Source: an uncultured Phycisphaerales bacterium
Lineage (GTDB): Bacteria > Planctomycetota > Phycisphaerae > Sedimentisphaerales > Anaerobacaceae
Assembly: GCA_963718665.1 (NCBI GenBank)
Contig: OY970359.1
Location: forward strand, 1,824,001 to 1,888,000
Reading direction: 5' to 3'
DNA length: 64,000 bases
Part shown: piece after piece, positions 28,543 to 37,640 of the stretch
Position numbering within the stretch: the first letter of the stretch is position 1
How the letters are laid out: each line of letters starts with the position of its first letter
The notes under the pieces: model-generated
The model's database searches: none
What the model saw: the letters and a program-made list of their open reading frames with translations, nothing else
Told to the model about the DNA's origin: nothing
Position numbers and translations under genes: made by a program

Positions 28543-29316
28543 TTAAACAGGAATGGCGAAAAACTGCTTTGTCGTGGTTGTAACGGCCTCGATAAACTTG
28601 GCCAATTCCATTCCCCTTAGCGCCGCTACAAACTTTGCTGTGTGGATGAGCAGCGCCGGCTCATTGACCTTCTGTTTTCGCATCGGTTCGGGCGATAAAT
28701 ACGGGGCATCCGTCTCAATCATCAGCCGGTCGAGTGGAACGTAATTTGCGACCTCGCGGGTTGTTTCAGCGTTTTTGAATGTTACTACTCCCGTCAGCGA
28801 GATATACCAGCCCTTGTCCAAAATGATTTTCGCCTGCTGGCAATTGCCTGAGTAACAATGAAAAACTAATCCCTTCAGGCCCGACTCGTTTGCCTCCAGA
28901 ATCTCCATTGTTTCATCAAATGCCTCTCGCGAATGAATCACAACCGGCAAGTTCAATTCTTTTGCGATTTCAAGATGTCTCAGGAAACTATCCTGCTGTT
29001 GCTGGGGCGTCGAAAAATCGTAATGCAAGTCCAGCCCAGTTTCGCCGATTGCGACGACTTTTTTGTTTTGTGCAAGCCCTTTAATCTGGGCGATTGTTGT
29101 CTGGTCCGCAGTTTTGGCGTTGTGTGGGTGAATCGCCACAGTCGCGAACACATTTTCAAACTTGCCTGCCAGTTCCACCGCTTTTTGGCTGTCGGCTAAG
29201 TCCGTCCCAATGGTTATCCAGCCCATAACGCCGGCCTCAGTACTTCGCTTGAGGACAGCGTCGATATCCGCGAATGGCTCATAGGTCAAATGGCAATGTG
29301 CGTCTATCAGGTTCAT
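28543..29316 (-). CDS. tatD: TatD family hydrolase
   Basis: IDAHCHL, IHPH, AIGETGLD, VIHSREA, FHCYSG, ETDAPYLSP. Confidence 0.92.
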   Translation of the reverse strand: MNLIDAHCHLTYEPFADIDAVLKRSTEAGVMGWITIGTDLADSQKAVELAGKFENVFATVAIHPHNAKTADQTTIAQIKGLAQNKKVVAIGETGLDLHYDFSTPQQQQDSFLRHLEIAKELNLPVVIHSREAFDETMEILEANESGLKGLVFHCYSGNCQQAKIILDKGWYISLTGVVTFKNAETTREVANYVPLDRLMIETDAPYLSPEPMRKQKVNEPALLIHTAKFVAALRGMELAKFIEAVTTTTKQFFAIPV

Positions 29317-29320
29317 ATAT

Positions 29321-29719
29321 CTATCTTACAAAGGCGTTTTTGTAATGGCGGAATTCAGCAGGGCCGCGTTGGCCGAGCGTTATAGTAACAATATCGAAAC
29401 GATATGGCCGATTCTCGATTTCGTTGGTTGAGATAAAATAACGGGCTGTCTTAGTCATTCTGTCCATCTTCGGTTTTGTGATTACCGATTCGGTCGGGGT
29501 GAATTCCTCATCGGCTCTTGTTTTGACCTCGACAAAGACAATCGACCGATCGCTATCCACCATAATCAGGTCGATTTCGCCGGCCTTGCAGGCGTAGTTG
29601 CGCGTGAGGGTTTTGAGGCCTTTTTGCTTGAGGAATTTCTCGCATTGCCGCTCCCCCCATTTGCCGAGCAGCTTAATATCCGAAAGCAGCTTGCTTCTGT
29701 TGAAAATCAATCCGAACAA
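29321..29719 (-). CDS. yraN: YraN/UPF0102 family endonuclease-like protein
   Basis: LGKWGE, RNY.CKAGEIDLI, VFVEVKTR, RFDIV. Confidence 0.88.
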   Translation of the reverse strand: MFGLIFNRSKLLSDIKLLGKWGERQCEKFLKQKGLKTLTRNYACKAGEIDLIMVDSDRSIVFVEVKTRADEEFTPTESVITKPKMDRMTKTARYFISTNEIENRPYRFDIVTITLGQRGPAEFRHYKNAFVR

Positions 29720-29778
29720 AAGTCCGCAATCCTCCCGAAAGGGATGCTCAACCGCGAAAATCTAAAATCCGCAATTAA

Positions 29779-30147
29779 TTAGCTGACCACAGTATGTTCG
29801 CTGTGTTCCTGTACGAGCTTGGTTGACTTACCCGTTCGCTCGCGGAGGTAATACAGTTTCGCTCTTCTGGTCTTGCCGCTCCGTGTTGCCTTGATATCGA
29901 CGATGTTGGGCGAGTGCAGGGGGAAGATTCTTTCGACGCCTTCGCCCGCGACGATTCTGCGGACGGTGAAGGTCGAATTGATGCCCCGGCCTTTGCGGGC
30001 GATGACCGTGCCCGAGAAAATGCCGATACGTTCCTTGTCGCCTTCTTTGATTCTGCAATGGACGTCAACTATGTCCCCGATTTCAAAATGCGGAATATCC
30101 TTCTTCAGGCATTTGCTTTCGACCTTGTCGAGTAATGCTGTATTCAC
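29779..30147 (-). CDS. rplS: 50S ribosomal protein L19
   Basis: IKEGDKERI, FTVRRI..GEGVERIFP, RRAKLYYLR. Confidence 0.97.
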   Translation of the reverse strand: MNTALLDKVESKCLKKDIPHFEIGDIVDVHCRIKEGDKERIGIFSGTVIARKGRGINSTFTVRRIVAGEGVERIFPLHSPNIVDIKATRSGKTRRAKLYYLRERTGKSTKLVQEHSEHTVVS

Positions 30148-30315
30148 TTTGTAACTCCTGATACTAACTGAACTTATGACAAAACCAGCCCAGCTGGGTT
30201 TTCTGCGAGCAATTTAAGCCCGCCCCGAAAACCAGCAATTATAACCGTTTTCGCGGTGATAACAAGCGTTTTTTTGCATTTTTCAGGCCTAAAATCGGCC
30301 TGTTTTTGTGCCCTG

Positions 30316-31200
30316 TTAAGCTGTCTGGCCTCTGAGCTTCTTATAATTTTTCAGCGACTGCTCGGCAGCTTCCAGCGGCGGATACTCTCCGGATTCTTCT
30401 TCGATGACATACCATTGTGTTCCGCCAGTTGTTTCGCAGACCTCAAAGAGGTCTTTCCACTTTATGTCGCCTTCACCTATGAGGACTTTTTTATTGGTTG
30501 CGGAAAATTCCTTGAGGTGAATCGTCAGTGAACGCCCTGGATATTTTTTCAGGACAGCAACGGGGTCGGCCTTACCCTGCATTGCGTTGCCCGTGTCGAG
30601 CTGCATAATCACTTCTTTGGACGTGTTGCCGAAAAGAATGTCCCATGGTGTCTCGCCGTCAATCGGCAAAAAATCCCCCTGATGGGAGTGATAGCCGATG
30701 CGGACGCCTTCACTTCTTGTCTTGTCCGCGAACTCATTGAAATTTTTGGCTTTTGCCAGCCAGTCCTCTTTTGTCTTAAGCTGTTTTCTGTCCAGCCAAG
30801 GCACAATGACGAACTTGTTGCCTATTGTCCGGTTAAATTCCATTGTCGCCGCGAGTTTTTCGTTTGAGAGTAAATCATACGCTGTATGTGAGCCGGAGCA
30901 TAACAGGCCGTTGTCATTGAGCATTTTGCGGACGTCCTTTGCCGAATAGTTATAAAAGCCCGCGAATTCCACGCCCTTATAGCCCATTTTAGCTACCTTG
31001 GCGATTGTTCCGGGGAAATCTTTAGCGCACTCAGCTTTGACCGTCCACAGTTGCAGCCCCACCGGGATTTCCTTTTTTGCCTCTATTGCTTTTTTCATTT
31101 CTTCCGCTCCTTTGGCGAGTGCCTCTAACGAGCAAACGCCGGCACAGGCGACCAGTCCAGATTTAAGAATCATTCGACGTGACAAGTTTTCGCTTTTCAT
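30316..31200 (-). CDS. Tat-exported sugar phosphate isomerase/epimerase (AP endonuclease 2 TIM barrel)
   Basis: SRRMIL signal; GLQLWTV, GYKGVEFAG, GYHSH, QLDTG, IHLKE, IGEG. Confidence 0.85.
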   Translation of the reverse strand: MKSENLSRRMILKSGLVACAGVCSLEALAKGAEEMKKAIEAKKEIPVGLQLWTVKAECAKDFPGTIAKVAKMGYKGVEFAGFYNYSAKDVRKMLNDNGLLCSGSHTAYDLLSNEKLAATMEFNRTIGNKFVIVPWLDRKQLKTKEDWLAKAKNFNEFADKTRSEGVRIGYHSHQGDFLPIDGETPWDILFGNTSKEVIMQLDTGNAMQGKADPVAVLKKYPGRSLTIHLKEFSATNKKVLIGEGDIKWKDLFEVCETTGGTQWYVIEEESGEYPPLEAAEQSLKNYKKLRGQTA

Positions 31201-31245
31201 TTTTCACCTCATTTTTATTTTTTATCCGCCGGACGCAGGGCGGGT

Positions 31246-31977
31246 TTATTTCTGTTTATCTTTTAGCAAATCCGGACGGCTTTGTCGAGTCCTTTCGAGC
31301 GATTGTTGCCTGCGCCATTTTTCGATTTCACCGTGATGGCCTGAAAGCAAAATGTCGGGCACTTTCATTCCCTTAAATGTCTCAGGCCTTGTATATTGCG
31401 GATATTCCAGGCCGCCCGCGGTGAGCGAAGTCGAACTGCCACTTGCTGCGTCGCTGAATGTCTCGTCTTCCGCTGACCCCTCATCGCCCAGCGCACCGGG
31501 CAGCAGGCGAACCACTGCGTCTATAATGACCATTGCCGCCAATTCTCCGCCCGAAAGCACATAGTCGCCGATTGAGATTTGTTCGGCGTTTAAACCCGTT
31601 CTGATTCGTTCGTCGAACCCCTCGTAATGCCCGGCGATTAGGACGAGCCGTTTTTCGCCGGCAAGTTCAGCGGCTAATTTTTGTGTGAAGGGTTTACCTT
31701 GTGGGGTGAGCAGGATTACACGGGGTTTATCCGGGAAAAGTTTTTCGACCTGTTCAAAGCAATCGAATACCGGCTGGCACATCATCACCATTCCCGGCCC
31801 GCCCCCGTATGGCCGGTCGTCAACCTTCTTGTGCTTGTCTTTGGAGGAATCCCGGATGTTGGTCAGGACAATATCGACGATGCCTGCTTCTTTTGCCCGC
31901 TTGAGTATTGAGTGGCTCAGCGGCGACTCGAACATCTCCGGAAACAGCGTTAAGACATCAATCCGCATCGTCGGCAT
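31246..31977 (-). CDS. trmD: tRNA (guanine37-N1)-methyltransferase
   Basis: [58 protein letters not shown]. Confidence 0.97.
   Translation of the reverse strand: MPTMRIDVLTLFPEMFESPLSHSILKRAKEAGIVDIVLTNIRDSSKDKHKKVDDRPYGGGPGMVMMCQPVFDCFEQVEKLFPDKPRVILLTPQGKPFTQKLAAELAGEKRLVLIAGHYEGFDERIRTGLNAEQISIGDYVLSGGELAAMVIIDAVVRLLPGALGDEGSAEDETFSDAASGSSTSLTAGGLEYPQYTRPETFKGMKVPDILLSGHHGEIEKWRRQQSLERTRQSRPDLLKDKQK
31414..31439. repeat. Palindromic element family C inserted in frame in trmD
   Basis: GCCCGCGGTGAGCGAAGTCGAACTGC, encoding part of [11 protein letters not shown] just before GLEYPQYTR. Confidence 0.7.
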
Positions 31978-31985
31978 CCTGATAC

Positions 31986-32015
31986 GAAAGCCCCCGGCTT
32001 TTGGCCGGGGGTTCG
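31986..32015. other. GC-rich hairpin between rpsP and trmD (terminator/attenuator or REP-like)
   Basis: GCCCCCGGC-ttttg-GCCGGGGGT. Confidence 0.5.
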
Positions 32016-32052
32016 ATTTGTAATTTTATTTTACGCCTGTGCCTTCCGGCCG

Positions 32053-32517
32053 TTATTTATTTTCGGCTGCCGGCGCTGCCGGCGGTGGGCTTGCTTGCCC
32101 TGAGCTTGCCTGTGGTGAGCTTGTCGAACCAGCCGCCGAAGGGGTCGAACCTGCGCCTTTTGCCGGCTTTTCTTCGACCTTGCGTTCCGATTTCAGGAAC
32201 GGCAGTCCTGCTGCTCTTGCCCGTTTTCTCGCCAATGCCCGGCGAGTTTTCTTTTGTGCCGCGTATTTATGCTTGATACCCTTGCGGAGCAGTATCTCTG
32301 ATACCGAGTCCGAAGGTACCGCGCCTTTATCGAGCCAGAACTTGACTCGTTCAAGATCCAGAACTAACTGCTTATCGGTTGCTTTTTCGAGCGGGTCGTA
32401 ATGCCCTAATTTCTCGATGATGCTGCCGTTTCGCGGCGTCCGGCTGTCTATCACGTTAATCCGGAAAAACGGTCTGTGCCGCCTTCCCTGCCGCGACATC
32501 CTGATTTTTACTGACAT
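32053..32517 (-). CDS. rpsP: 30S ribosomal protein S16 with extended C-terminal tail
   Basis: MSVKIRMSRQGRRHRPFFRI..DSRTPRNG..IEKLGHYDP, WLDKGAVPSD; AAGGAG SD before ATG 32517. Confidence 0.95.
   Translation of the reverse strand: MSVKIRMSRQGRRHRPFFRINVIDSRTPRNGSIIEKLGHYDPLEKATDKQLVLDLERVKFWLDKGAVPSDSVSEILLRKGIKHKYAAQKKTRRALARKRARAAGLPFLKSERKVEEKPAKGAGSTPSAAGSTSSPQASSGQASPPPAAPAAENK
32093..32153. repeat. Nested family C palindromic elements in the rpsP 3' coding region
   Basis: GCTTGCCCTGAGC-[TTGCCTGTGGTGAGCTTGTCGAACCA]-GCCGCCGAAGGG-GTCGAACC. Confidence 0.7.
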
Positions 32518-32606
32518 TTGCTTCTCCTTTTCAATTACGTTTATAATCAATTCCCGCCTTGGCCATACAAACTGACCGCGGGACACGTTAACTGTTAAAG
32601 TTCGGA

Positions 32607-32635
32607 AGTATAGCAGAATCGGCCCCAAATGACAA
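32607..32635 (-). promoter_or_regulatory. Sigma70 promoter of rpsP-trmD
   Basis: TTGTCA-17 nt-TATACT on the minus strand. Confidence 0.6.
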
Positions 32636-32659
32636 TGCCATTTTTCTGCTATTTGTGAG

Positions 32660-33580
32660 CTATTTGATGTCCATTACGTGCATCTTACGCAATTCTCTCT
32701 TTTCGTATTCCCGATTTATTGTACGAAACAGAGCTACGGGCAGAATTGTGCACAGCAGACCTAACGAGACACCGATAATCAGTAGGGGATACCAAACTGC
32801 ATACGGCTGAGAAAAAGCCAAAGCCGCCAAACCGCCCCCCAAACCCAGAGTCACAACAATCAGTCCAAAGACGGACATAATGCCAAGCAAGGATAGACAT
32901 ACTTTTCGGGCACTCCCGATGCCAGTCAGGGTTCCTATGGCAGCACCCATAAGGCCGACGACTGAGCCGCAAATGCCGCCGAACAACCACCCGGCGGTCC
33001 GGGCGGTCCGGTCGGTCCACCACGCGTTTGTAGCGTCGCTGGTCGCGGCAGATCCATTTTTCTCAAACTGGACGAGTTTAAGCGGGCCAAGAAAAATTGT
33101 CCCCCGCCCGTGCAGCACGATGTTGAACTCCAGCTTGACCGGGCGCATTTTGGTAGTATCTCCGATGTAGAAAGGCAGTGTGAATGGCCGCCAGCCGGAT
33201 GAACCGGCCAATGATTGCATTGGGCCGGAATCTCCCAGAGTTCGGCTAAAATACATCTTGCCGTCGGGAAAATGGTTCCACATTTCAAGATAGCCCGTTC
33301 CCTCGACGCCTTCATACCTGACTTGTCCTGTTAGCGCATAACTTGTCGTTTTGATGCACGGGTCATTGATAGTCAAAATGGCGAATGTTTTCTTTTCGTT
33401 TTGCGAGCTTTGCACCTTCAGTTGTGCAAAAGGGCAATCGGCGTTTGGCTCGATGACTTCACCGGCAGTCAACTTACCTCGCAGGTTCGGGTCCGACCAC
33501 TCGATTTCGCGCAGGGTTTCTTCGGCCAAACAAGCCGATGTTAGAACGACCATACTAAGTATTAGCGTTATGTATCTCAT
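32660..33580 (-). CDS. Hypothetical exported beta-domain protein with three C-terminal TM helices
   Basis: Signal peptide, GTGYLEMWNHF..FSRTL domain, hydrophobic C-terminus; overlaps the DUF2089 gene by ATGA. Confidence 0.7.
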   Translation of the reverse strand: MRYITLILSMVVLTSACLAEETLREIEWSDPNLRGKLTAGEVIEPNADCPFAQLKVQSSQNEKKTFAILTINDPCIKTTSYALTGQVRYEGVEGTGYLEMWNHFPDGKMYFSRTLGDSGPMQSLAGSSGWRPFTLPFYIGDTTKMRPVKLEFNIVLHGRGTIFLGPLKLVQFEKNGSAATSDATNAWWTDRTARTAGWLFGGICGSVVGLMGAAIGTLTGIGSARKVCLSLLGIMSVFGLIVVTLGLGGGLAALAFSQPYAVWYPLLIIGVSLGLLCTILPVALFRTINREYEKRELRKMHVMDIK

Positions 33581-33885
33581 TTTTGGACCTCCATTTCTTT
33601 TTTGTGGGTTTCAAGCAATGTCTTGAATGTTGTAATATCGATTTTGCCTTCCGCGTAGAATGAGCGGATGAGTAGCTCGAATTCGCTTGCTTTTTCAAAA
33701 GCGTCAAAAACCTTGATTTTTTCAATCAGCCGGTCTAACCGCAGTCGTACCGTCGGGTAACTGATGTCGTATATCTCTGCCAGCTCTTTTAGCGAACCCG
33801 AGGCGAGAAGGAATCTTTTGATGAATCCTATGTCTTCTTCCGTCAAAAGCTGCATCCAATTGCCTGCCTGTTTTTCCTGTGTCAT
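33577..33885 (-). CDS. DUF2089 family HTH protein
   Basis: L..ED..FIKRFLLASGSLKELA..Y.ISYPTVRLRLDRLI. Confidence 0.8.
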   Translation of the reverse strand: MTQEKQAGNWMQLLTEEDIGFIKRFLLASGSLKELAEIYDISYPTVRLRLDRLIEKIKVFDAFEKASEFELLIRSFYAEGKIDITTFKTLLETHKKEMEVQK

Positions 33886-33921
33886 AATCTCAACCTTTCA
33901 CTAATATTCAACTAAATATCA

Positions 33922-33949
33922 AATATAACATTAACATTATTAAAGTCAA
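33922..33949 (-). promoter_or_regulatory. Sigma70 promoter with extended -10 in an AT-rich region
   Basis: TTGACT-16 nt-TATATT with TG upstream of the -10 box. Confidence 0.55.
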
Positions 33950-34021
33950 GCTTAATTTTATTTATTTTTAGAAAATTTTTTCTCCCTAAGAATCTGTGGT
34001 CAGGATGGGTTAAAAAATTAC

Positions 34022-34345
34022 TTATGACCTTCGTTTTGCGTGCAGGGCGTAGCCGTTGATGAAAATAGCGAATAGGGCGGGGTCAACTTTCGCGTCGTCG
34101 GCGATTTTACGCACCTGGTCGTCGGTGAGATTCGCGGCGTTTTGCTTTTCCTGTGCAGTCATAATCGCCACCGCCCTGCGTAATTGTTCCAATTCCTCCG
34201 CCGTGGGGCTTGCCAACATACCAAGCTCGCTTATCCCTTCGTTATCTTTGAATTGCTCGCGCACAATTCGGCCGTATTCGTTGCCTACAAATTGCGCCAG
34301 CTTATCGAGATACTGGTTGATTGAGATGTTTTGGGTTACCGCCGT
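34022..34345 (-). CDS. Stand-alone SRP54/Ffh M-domain-like protein (start uncertain: GTG 34264 or ACG 34345)
   Basis: ELEQLRRAVAIMTAQEKQN...VRKIADDAKVDP aligns by eye to Ffh ELKKMEGIVYSMTLQERQD...RRRIAAGSGTQP. Confidence 0.65.
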   Translation of the reverse strand, partial: TAVTQNISINQYLDKLAQFVGNEYGRIVREQFKDNEGISELGMLASPTAEELEQLRRAVAIMTAQEKQNAANLTDDQVRKIADDAKVDPALFAIFINGYALHAKRRS

Positions 34346-35760
34346 ATTCTTTTGCCTTTGCGGATTATGACTTGTTTTCTTCTGGAGCGTTGTTTGATTT
34401 TTTTGCCCGATGCCATCGCCGCACTCATCGATTCGAGATTAAAGCCGCCCGAAAACAGCGACTTTAAGCCCGCCATTTTTCCTCCCGACAGCGTCTTGAG
34501 CATATCTCTGCTTCGCACAAATTGCTTGACCAGTCCTGATACGTCGTGCGGCTGCGTCCCTGAGCCGGCGGCAATCCTTCTGCGTCTCGATGAATCGATA
34601 ACGTCCGGGTCCTGGCGTTCCTGGAGCGTCATCGAATAAACGATTCCCTCCATTTTTTTAAGCTCGTTCTCGTCGAAATCCATATCGCCCAGTTCAGCGG
34701 CGCCGGGCATCATCTTCATCAGGTCTTTCATTCCCCCCATTTTCTTTACTGCCTGCATTTGCTGGAGGAAATCATCGAAGCCGAAGCTGCCTTTGGCCAT
34801 CTTTTCCTGCAATTTAGCGGCTTCCTCGGTGTCGAATTGCTCATGTGCCTTCTCGACGAGCGTAACGATATCGCCCATACCCAGGATTCTGCTGGCCATT
34901 CTGTCAGGGTGGAATTCTTCGAGCTTTTCGAGCTTTTCGCCTACGCCGATGAATTTTATGGGTTTGCCTGTAACCGCTTTTACGCTGAGCGCCGCGCCGC
35001 CTCTTGCGTCGCCGTCCAATTTTGTCAGGATAACGCCGTCAAGCTCTAAGCGCGAGTTGAATTCCTTGGCGGAATTGACCGCGTCCTGGCCGGTCATCGC
35101 GTCGCAGACGAGGTAAATCTGATGCGGCTGGACCGCCTTTGCGACGTCGCTTATCTGCGTCATCATTTCTTTGTCAACGTGCAGCCGGCCGGCGGTATCC
35201 AGAATCACAACGTCAACGCCGGTTGTTTTGGCGTGCTGGACGGCGTTTTTCGCGACCTTCACCGCGTCATGGCTTTGCTCGCTGTAAACCGGGATATTTA
35301 ACTGCTGGCCAAGGGTAATCAACTGGTCGATAGCGGCAGGTCTCTGCAAATCGTCGGCAACAAGCATCGGTTTCTTGCCGTTATCCATAACATATTTTGC
35401 CAGCTTCGCGGCTGTGGTTGTTTTGCCGCAGCCCTGAAGACCTGCCAAAAGTATCAGCGTCGGCCCGGGCGATACGTAATAAATCTGCGTATCCACAGGT
35501 CCCATCAGCTTAGTCAATTCATCGTTGACTATCTTGACGAAGACCTGTCCGGGATGCAGCGACTTGATGACCTCTGCGCCTATGGCCGCCTGGGTAACAT
35601 CCTTGCAGAATTGTTTGACGACCTGGTAATTGACGTCGGCTTCCAACAGCGCCTTGCGAACGTCGCGCACCGCGTCCGAAACGTTGGCCTCGGTTATCCT
35701 GCCCCTGCCCGAAAGCGCCCTGAACACCGACCCGAATTTTTGCGTTAATGCGTCAAACAC
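34336..35760 (-). CDS. ffh: Signal recognition particle protein Ffh
   Basis: ALLEADVN, GLQGCGKTT, DTAGR, TKLDGDARGGAALS, FHPDRMASRILGMGD, RRIAAGSG. Confidence 0.97.
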   Translation of the reverse strand: MFDALTQKFGSVFRALSGRGRITEANVSDAVRDVRKALLEADVNYQVVKQFCKDVTQAAIGAEVIKSLHPGQVFVKIVNDELTKLMGPVDTQIYYVSPGPTLILLAGLQGCGKTTTAAKLAKYVMDNGKKPMLVADDLQRPAAIDQLITLGQQLNIPVYSEQSHDAVKVAKNAVQHAKTTGVDVVILDTAGRLHVDKEMMTQISDVAKAVQPHQIYLVCDAMTGQDAVNSAKEFNSRLELDGVILTKLDGDARGGAALSVKAVTGKPIKFIGVGEKLEKLEEFHPDRMASRILGMGDIVTLVEKAHEQFDTEEAAKLQEKMAKGSFGFDDFLQQMQAVKKMGGMKDLMKMMPGAAELGDMDFDENELKKMEGIVYSMTLQERQDPDVIDSSRRRRIAAGSGTQPHDVSGLVKQFVRSRDMLKTLSGGKMAGLKSLFSGGFNLESMSAAMASGKKIKQRSRRKQVIIRKGKRIRR

Positions 35761-35807
35761 AAGTTTTCAAACTTTCCTGATTAATAAAACCATACCGGAC
35801 AATTAAG

Positions 35808-35836
35808 ATTATAAGGTCATCTGGCTGTTTTTTCAA
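35808..35836 (-). promoter_or_regulatory. Sigma70 promoter of ffh
   Basis: TTGAAA-17 nt-TATAAT on the minus strand. Confidence 0.65.
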
Positions 35837-35934
35837 CGCTCAAATGCTGCCGGCCGGTGAAACGGATAGTAATATGTTGATGGACTGTGCGATGCCTTGC
35901 ACGTTCATCAATTCTTTATTATCATATTTCATAA

Positions 35935-37452
35935 ATGACCCCAGGACCGCGGATAAAACAAAGGAACAATCGCACATCGGCTACGGTTGGCGGCGGTATT
36001 AAGCCAACTGACGATATCCCGGTAACATTGCGGTATGAACGGCTTGTTATTGCCGGGCTTTGTCTTGCCGCTGCGATTCGCGTCTTTGCCTTCAGCGCCG
36101 CATTTCCCTTTTTTAATAATGTTGACGAACAGGCGCATTTTGATTTGGTCTTTAAATACTCCAGGTGGCATCTGCCTGCAGCGCCGCTGGAGAAATACGA
36201 CCCGGAGGCCGCTGAAATCATTATAAATGCCGCGCAGGGCGATTTTTTTGATATCCCGGTTGACAAATCTCCCTACATGTGGACACAGGCCGTTGCTTTT
36301 CAGAGAAGCATCGACAACCGTGAAACGTGGGCCTGGCCGGCGTATTATCTTTTGGCTGGGCTGTGGTGCCGGTTAGGCGAATCGCTGGCGATAACAGGTA
36401 CCGAATTACTTTATTGGATTCGTTTTCTTGACATTCCCCTCATGGCTGTCTTCGTGTGGCTGTCGTGGCTGTTTTCCCGCAGGATCTTTGGCGATAATTT
36501 CCAGGAGCGAATTGCGATTCCTCTTCTCGCCGCGTTTTTCCCGCAGGATATTTTTTACGCGATTACGGGCGACGTTCTTTCTCCGGTTGTTTTTGCGGCG
36601 GCATTCTTTATGCTTTTCGAAATCTATTTGAGTTCCAAATCCTTGAAGTACCATTTATTTACGGGCCTGCTTGTTGCCGCGACGTTCCTTGCCAAAGCGT
36701 CAAATATTGCCATCATGCTGCTTGCCGCTCTGGTTATCCTGATTAAAATCATACGTGCATCTCGCCAAAAACAGATTAAGCAATATCTGCCGGCCCTGAT
36801 TGCATTTGCCTTTGCCGCAACTGTTCCCATAGCAATCTGGCTTGGCCGTAATTATGTGCTCTTTGGTGACGCAGTCGGAGCGGCCGCCTCGGCAAAGTCG
36901 CATACCTGGACGGTTAAACCTTTAAGCGAGATGTTTAATCATCCCATCTTTACTCCTTCGGGGTTTCTTTATTTCATTTCCGAGCTGACAAAAACCTTCT
37001 GGCGGGGCGAGTTTGTCTGGCATAACAGGATAATAGCTTCGGTGTTTGTGGACTGGTTTTATGTAATCTCGTCCGGTGTTTTCCTGCTTGCCCTTATTCT
37101 TGATAAAAGCAGGTCTGACGGGTCTTGCCGCACTGCCCTGGCTGGGAGTTTGTTTGTTGTTATCATATCGATTGCTTTTCTTGCGTTTATGTCTATGCGG
37201 TATGACTTCGGCACCTGTGTTTATCCTTCTGTTGATAAGCCCTACTTTACTTCCGGCCGGCTGATTGCGGGCGCCATTTTGCCGTTTCTGATTCTTTACA
37301 TTGACGGCCTGCGCCGTATTCTTTCCAAATTACGGTGTGCTTACGCGTTGCTCTTTGTAGTCGGCATTATCGTCGCTGCCGTAACCGTATCGGAAATAAT
37401 ACTTAGCTGGTCTGTTTTCGCCAACCCAAATAACTGGTTCCACCTGATGTAG
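35935..37452 (+). CDS. Polytopic membrane protein, GT-C fold glycosyltransferase-like (DUF2142/PMT-type), copy 1
   Basis: First TM followed by PFFNNVDEQAHF (DE motif), P.YYLL, about 11 hydrophobic segments, W.GRNY.LFGD, SGRL. Confidence 0.7.
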   Translation: MTPGPRIKQRNNRTSATVGGGIKPTDDIPVTLRYERLVIAGLCLAAAIRVFAFSAAFPFFNNVDEQAHFDLVFKYSRWHLPAAPLEKYDPEAAEIIINAAQGDFFDIPVDKSPYMWTQAVAFQRSIDNRETWAWPAYYLLAGLWCRLGESLAITGTELLYWIRFLDIPLMAVFVWLSWLFSRRIFGDNFQERIAIPLLAAFFPQDIFYAITGDVLSPVVFAAAFFMLFEIYLSSKSLKYHLFTGLLVAATFLAKASNIAIMLLAALVILIKIIRASRQKQIKQYLPALIAFAFAATVPIAIWLGRNYVLFGDAVGAAASAKSHTWTVKPLSEMFNHPIFTPSGFLYFISELTKTFWRGEFVWHNRIIASVFVDWFYVISSGVFLLALILDKSRSDGSCRTALAGSLFVVIISIAFLAFMSMRYDFGTCVYPSVDKPYFTSGRLIAGAILPFLILYIDGLRRILSKLRCAYALLFVVGIIVAAVTVSEIILSWSVFANPNNWFHLM

Positions 37453-37503
37453 AAACCGGGGCGTCCTATGGTCGTAACTAAAAAAATCCAGGCCAGCACA
37501 AAT
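37453..37503 (+). pseudogene. 5' remnant of yjbQ left at the duplication junction
   Basis: AAACCGGGGCGTCCTATGGTCGTAACTAAAAAAATCCAGGCCAGCACAAA nearly matches 39167-39217. Confidence 0.8.
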
Positions 37504-37640
37504 GCTGATCGTTACCAGGGACAAAAAGGCCTTCAAAACTTTCTCCTATATTGCTCTTGCCGTCAACTGAGGTCTGGGTTGTAAATCGGCCAGTGTGATG
37601 CCTTGCACGTTCATCAATTCTTTATTATCATATTTCATAA

